A DNA stretch of 64,000 nt, taken from Paragordius varius (taxonomy: Eukaryota; Animalia; Nematomorpha). Shown here piece after piece: positions 62,585 to 64,000 of this stretch. The position numbers and the translations under genes were made by a program. Numbering within the stretch: the stretch's first letter is position 1; every line of letters begins with the position of its first letter. The DNA lies in NCBI GenBank assembly GCA_964247055.1, contig OZ176056.1:3844001-3908000 (forward strand). Direction: 5' to 3'. Below the pieces are notes generated by a model that saw only the letters and a program-made list of their open reading frames with translations, was not told the DNA's origin and did no database searches.

Positions 62585-63815
62585 TCCACTATATCAATAT
62601 TAATTAAATACGCATATGCAGATACATATATATACAGTTAAAGTAAGATATCAGTTCCCTAGTTTAATATTTTAACAATGCCAAATAATAGAATTTGGGG
62701 TAAAAGACATTACTAAAGGCAACAGAAAGCCCCCCCCCCCCCCTTTAAGTCTATAATATAAACTTTTTACTCTATATGCCTGGCAAACATTTAAAGTAAA
62801 ATGGAAATTTAATTTAGTAAACTTATTTATAATTTGCTTTTTATACGGGTTTGATAATAAAATATTACCCAAACATAACGTTTTTACTTTTTTTATGATG
62901 ATGATTTCAATCATCACAAAATTTAAATATCTGTTTGCAAATGTATGTTGAATATAAATTATGTTTTTTTACAAAAAATCACCGAAATCTAAGCAAAATT
63001 TTTAAATCAAATTCTGAAGCAATAGAAATGTTAAGCTTAATTAAATTATAAAAAAGTGTTTTAATATCTAAAAGCGTTTTCATACCCTCATCATGCCTCA
63101 AACTAATATAAGGTCTTCAACAAAATTTGCTAAAAATTAAATTTTTGAAAAAAGTATCCATTTTTAAATAGTATTTTTTTGTGTCAAAATTCTGTATATA
63201 TTTAAAATTAAAATCGCACAATTCCACATTACGTTTATTTTATTCCCATTTTAGAAGAGCAAAAAAATTTGGGATTTTCGGAAGTTACATTTAAAGTTAA
63301 ATTTTTTAAAAAATATCGTTAGCTTTTTATAGTTAGTTTATGATATATATTTGTCATATTTTTTAACACAGCATTTAGCCTGCACCAAAAAGAATTTACT
63401 AAAAAGGGAGCAAAGTTTATTATTTTCTGATACGGAACAACACTTGCAACAAAACTGTAAAAAAATTATATCACTCGCTTAAATAAAAAGCAATGATCCT
63501 GATATATTTCCCCATCAGAATATGTTTTTTAGCAGGTTTTTTTTAATATTTAGATGTGGGCTCGCAAGGTCTCTCTTCATCTACCCCCTAATTGGGTCAT
63601 CTTGAACGCATATTTTCTAATTTAGTATATTGTGATAAACCCTCATTTTAAACTTTTTCGCAAGTATATCCTATTGAACGCTAATATAAATAGGAGAAGA
63701 GGGCAATCAAATTTTAATTAAAACAATTTTTAAAACAAGAGATAACTATATAACCCTGAAGTGTAGACTACCCCAAAATGTGATCGCATAAAAAAATGAA
63801 ATCATGTAGTATTAA

Positions 63816-64000
63816 TACTTGGATACTTCACATTTATTTTAGTCCTTCGATTCAAATTGGGTTAGTTAATTACCCCAGGCCTGTTTAAAATTAAATTTTT
63901 TAAAAATATGGAAGGAATCGAAACCATAGCAAAATTTTGCACTTGTATAACATTAATAAAACAAATTATATAAAATATTTTATTCAAAAATACTTGATAA
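63816..64000 (-). mobile_element. piggyBac-like MITE family B copy running off the window
   Basis: TTAA|TACTTGGATAC...agtccttcgattcaaattggg...ccccaggcctg. Confidence 0.65.

Overview
Very AT-rich eukaryotic (bilaterian animal) genomic DNA with GT-AG spliceosomal introns; the bacterial-style ORF track is mostly exon fragments or noise. Five genes were reconstructed by hand with splice phases closing in frame. (1) The 3' part of a MYPT1/PPP1R12/Mbs myosin phosphatase targeting subunit (+, 26 exons, 512-23132): ankyrin repeats, both ROCK-type inhibitory Thr motifs and the terminal leucine zipper ENGALIRVISKLSK. (2) A TMEM47/VAB-9/Kune-like claudin-superfamily gene (-, 5 exons, 25478-28971) with greatly enlarged loops. 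(3) An intronless ZNHIT3-like gene (+, 29159-29584), head-to-head with gene 2 across 187 bp. (4) An ovo/shavenbaby-like zinc-finger factor (+, 4 exons, 50530-58109) behind a ~17 kb gene desert. (5) A small SVIP-like gene (-, 58795-59120), missed by the ORF track, whose two introns appear to be only 26 and 27 nt, the most striking observation. Introns and intergenic DNA hold Tc1-like, piggyBac-like and hAT-like MITEs, a non-autonomous Helitron, RTE-like LINE remnants and a decayed mariner. No tRNA, rRNA or CRISPR array was found. All family calls come from remembered motifs, not database searches.
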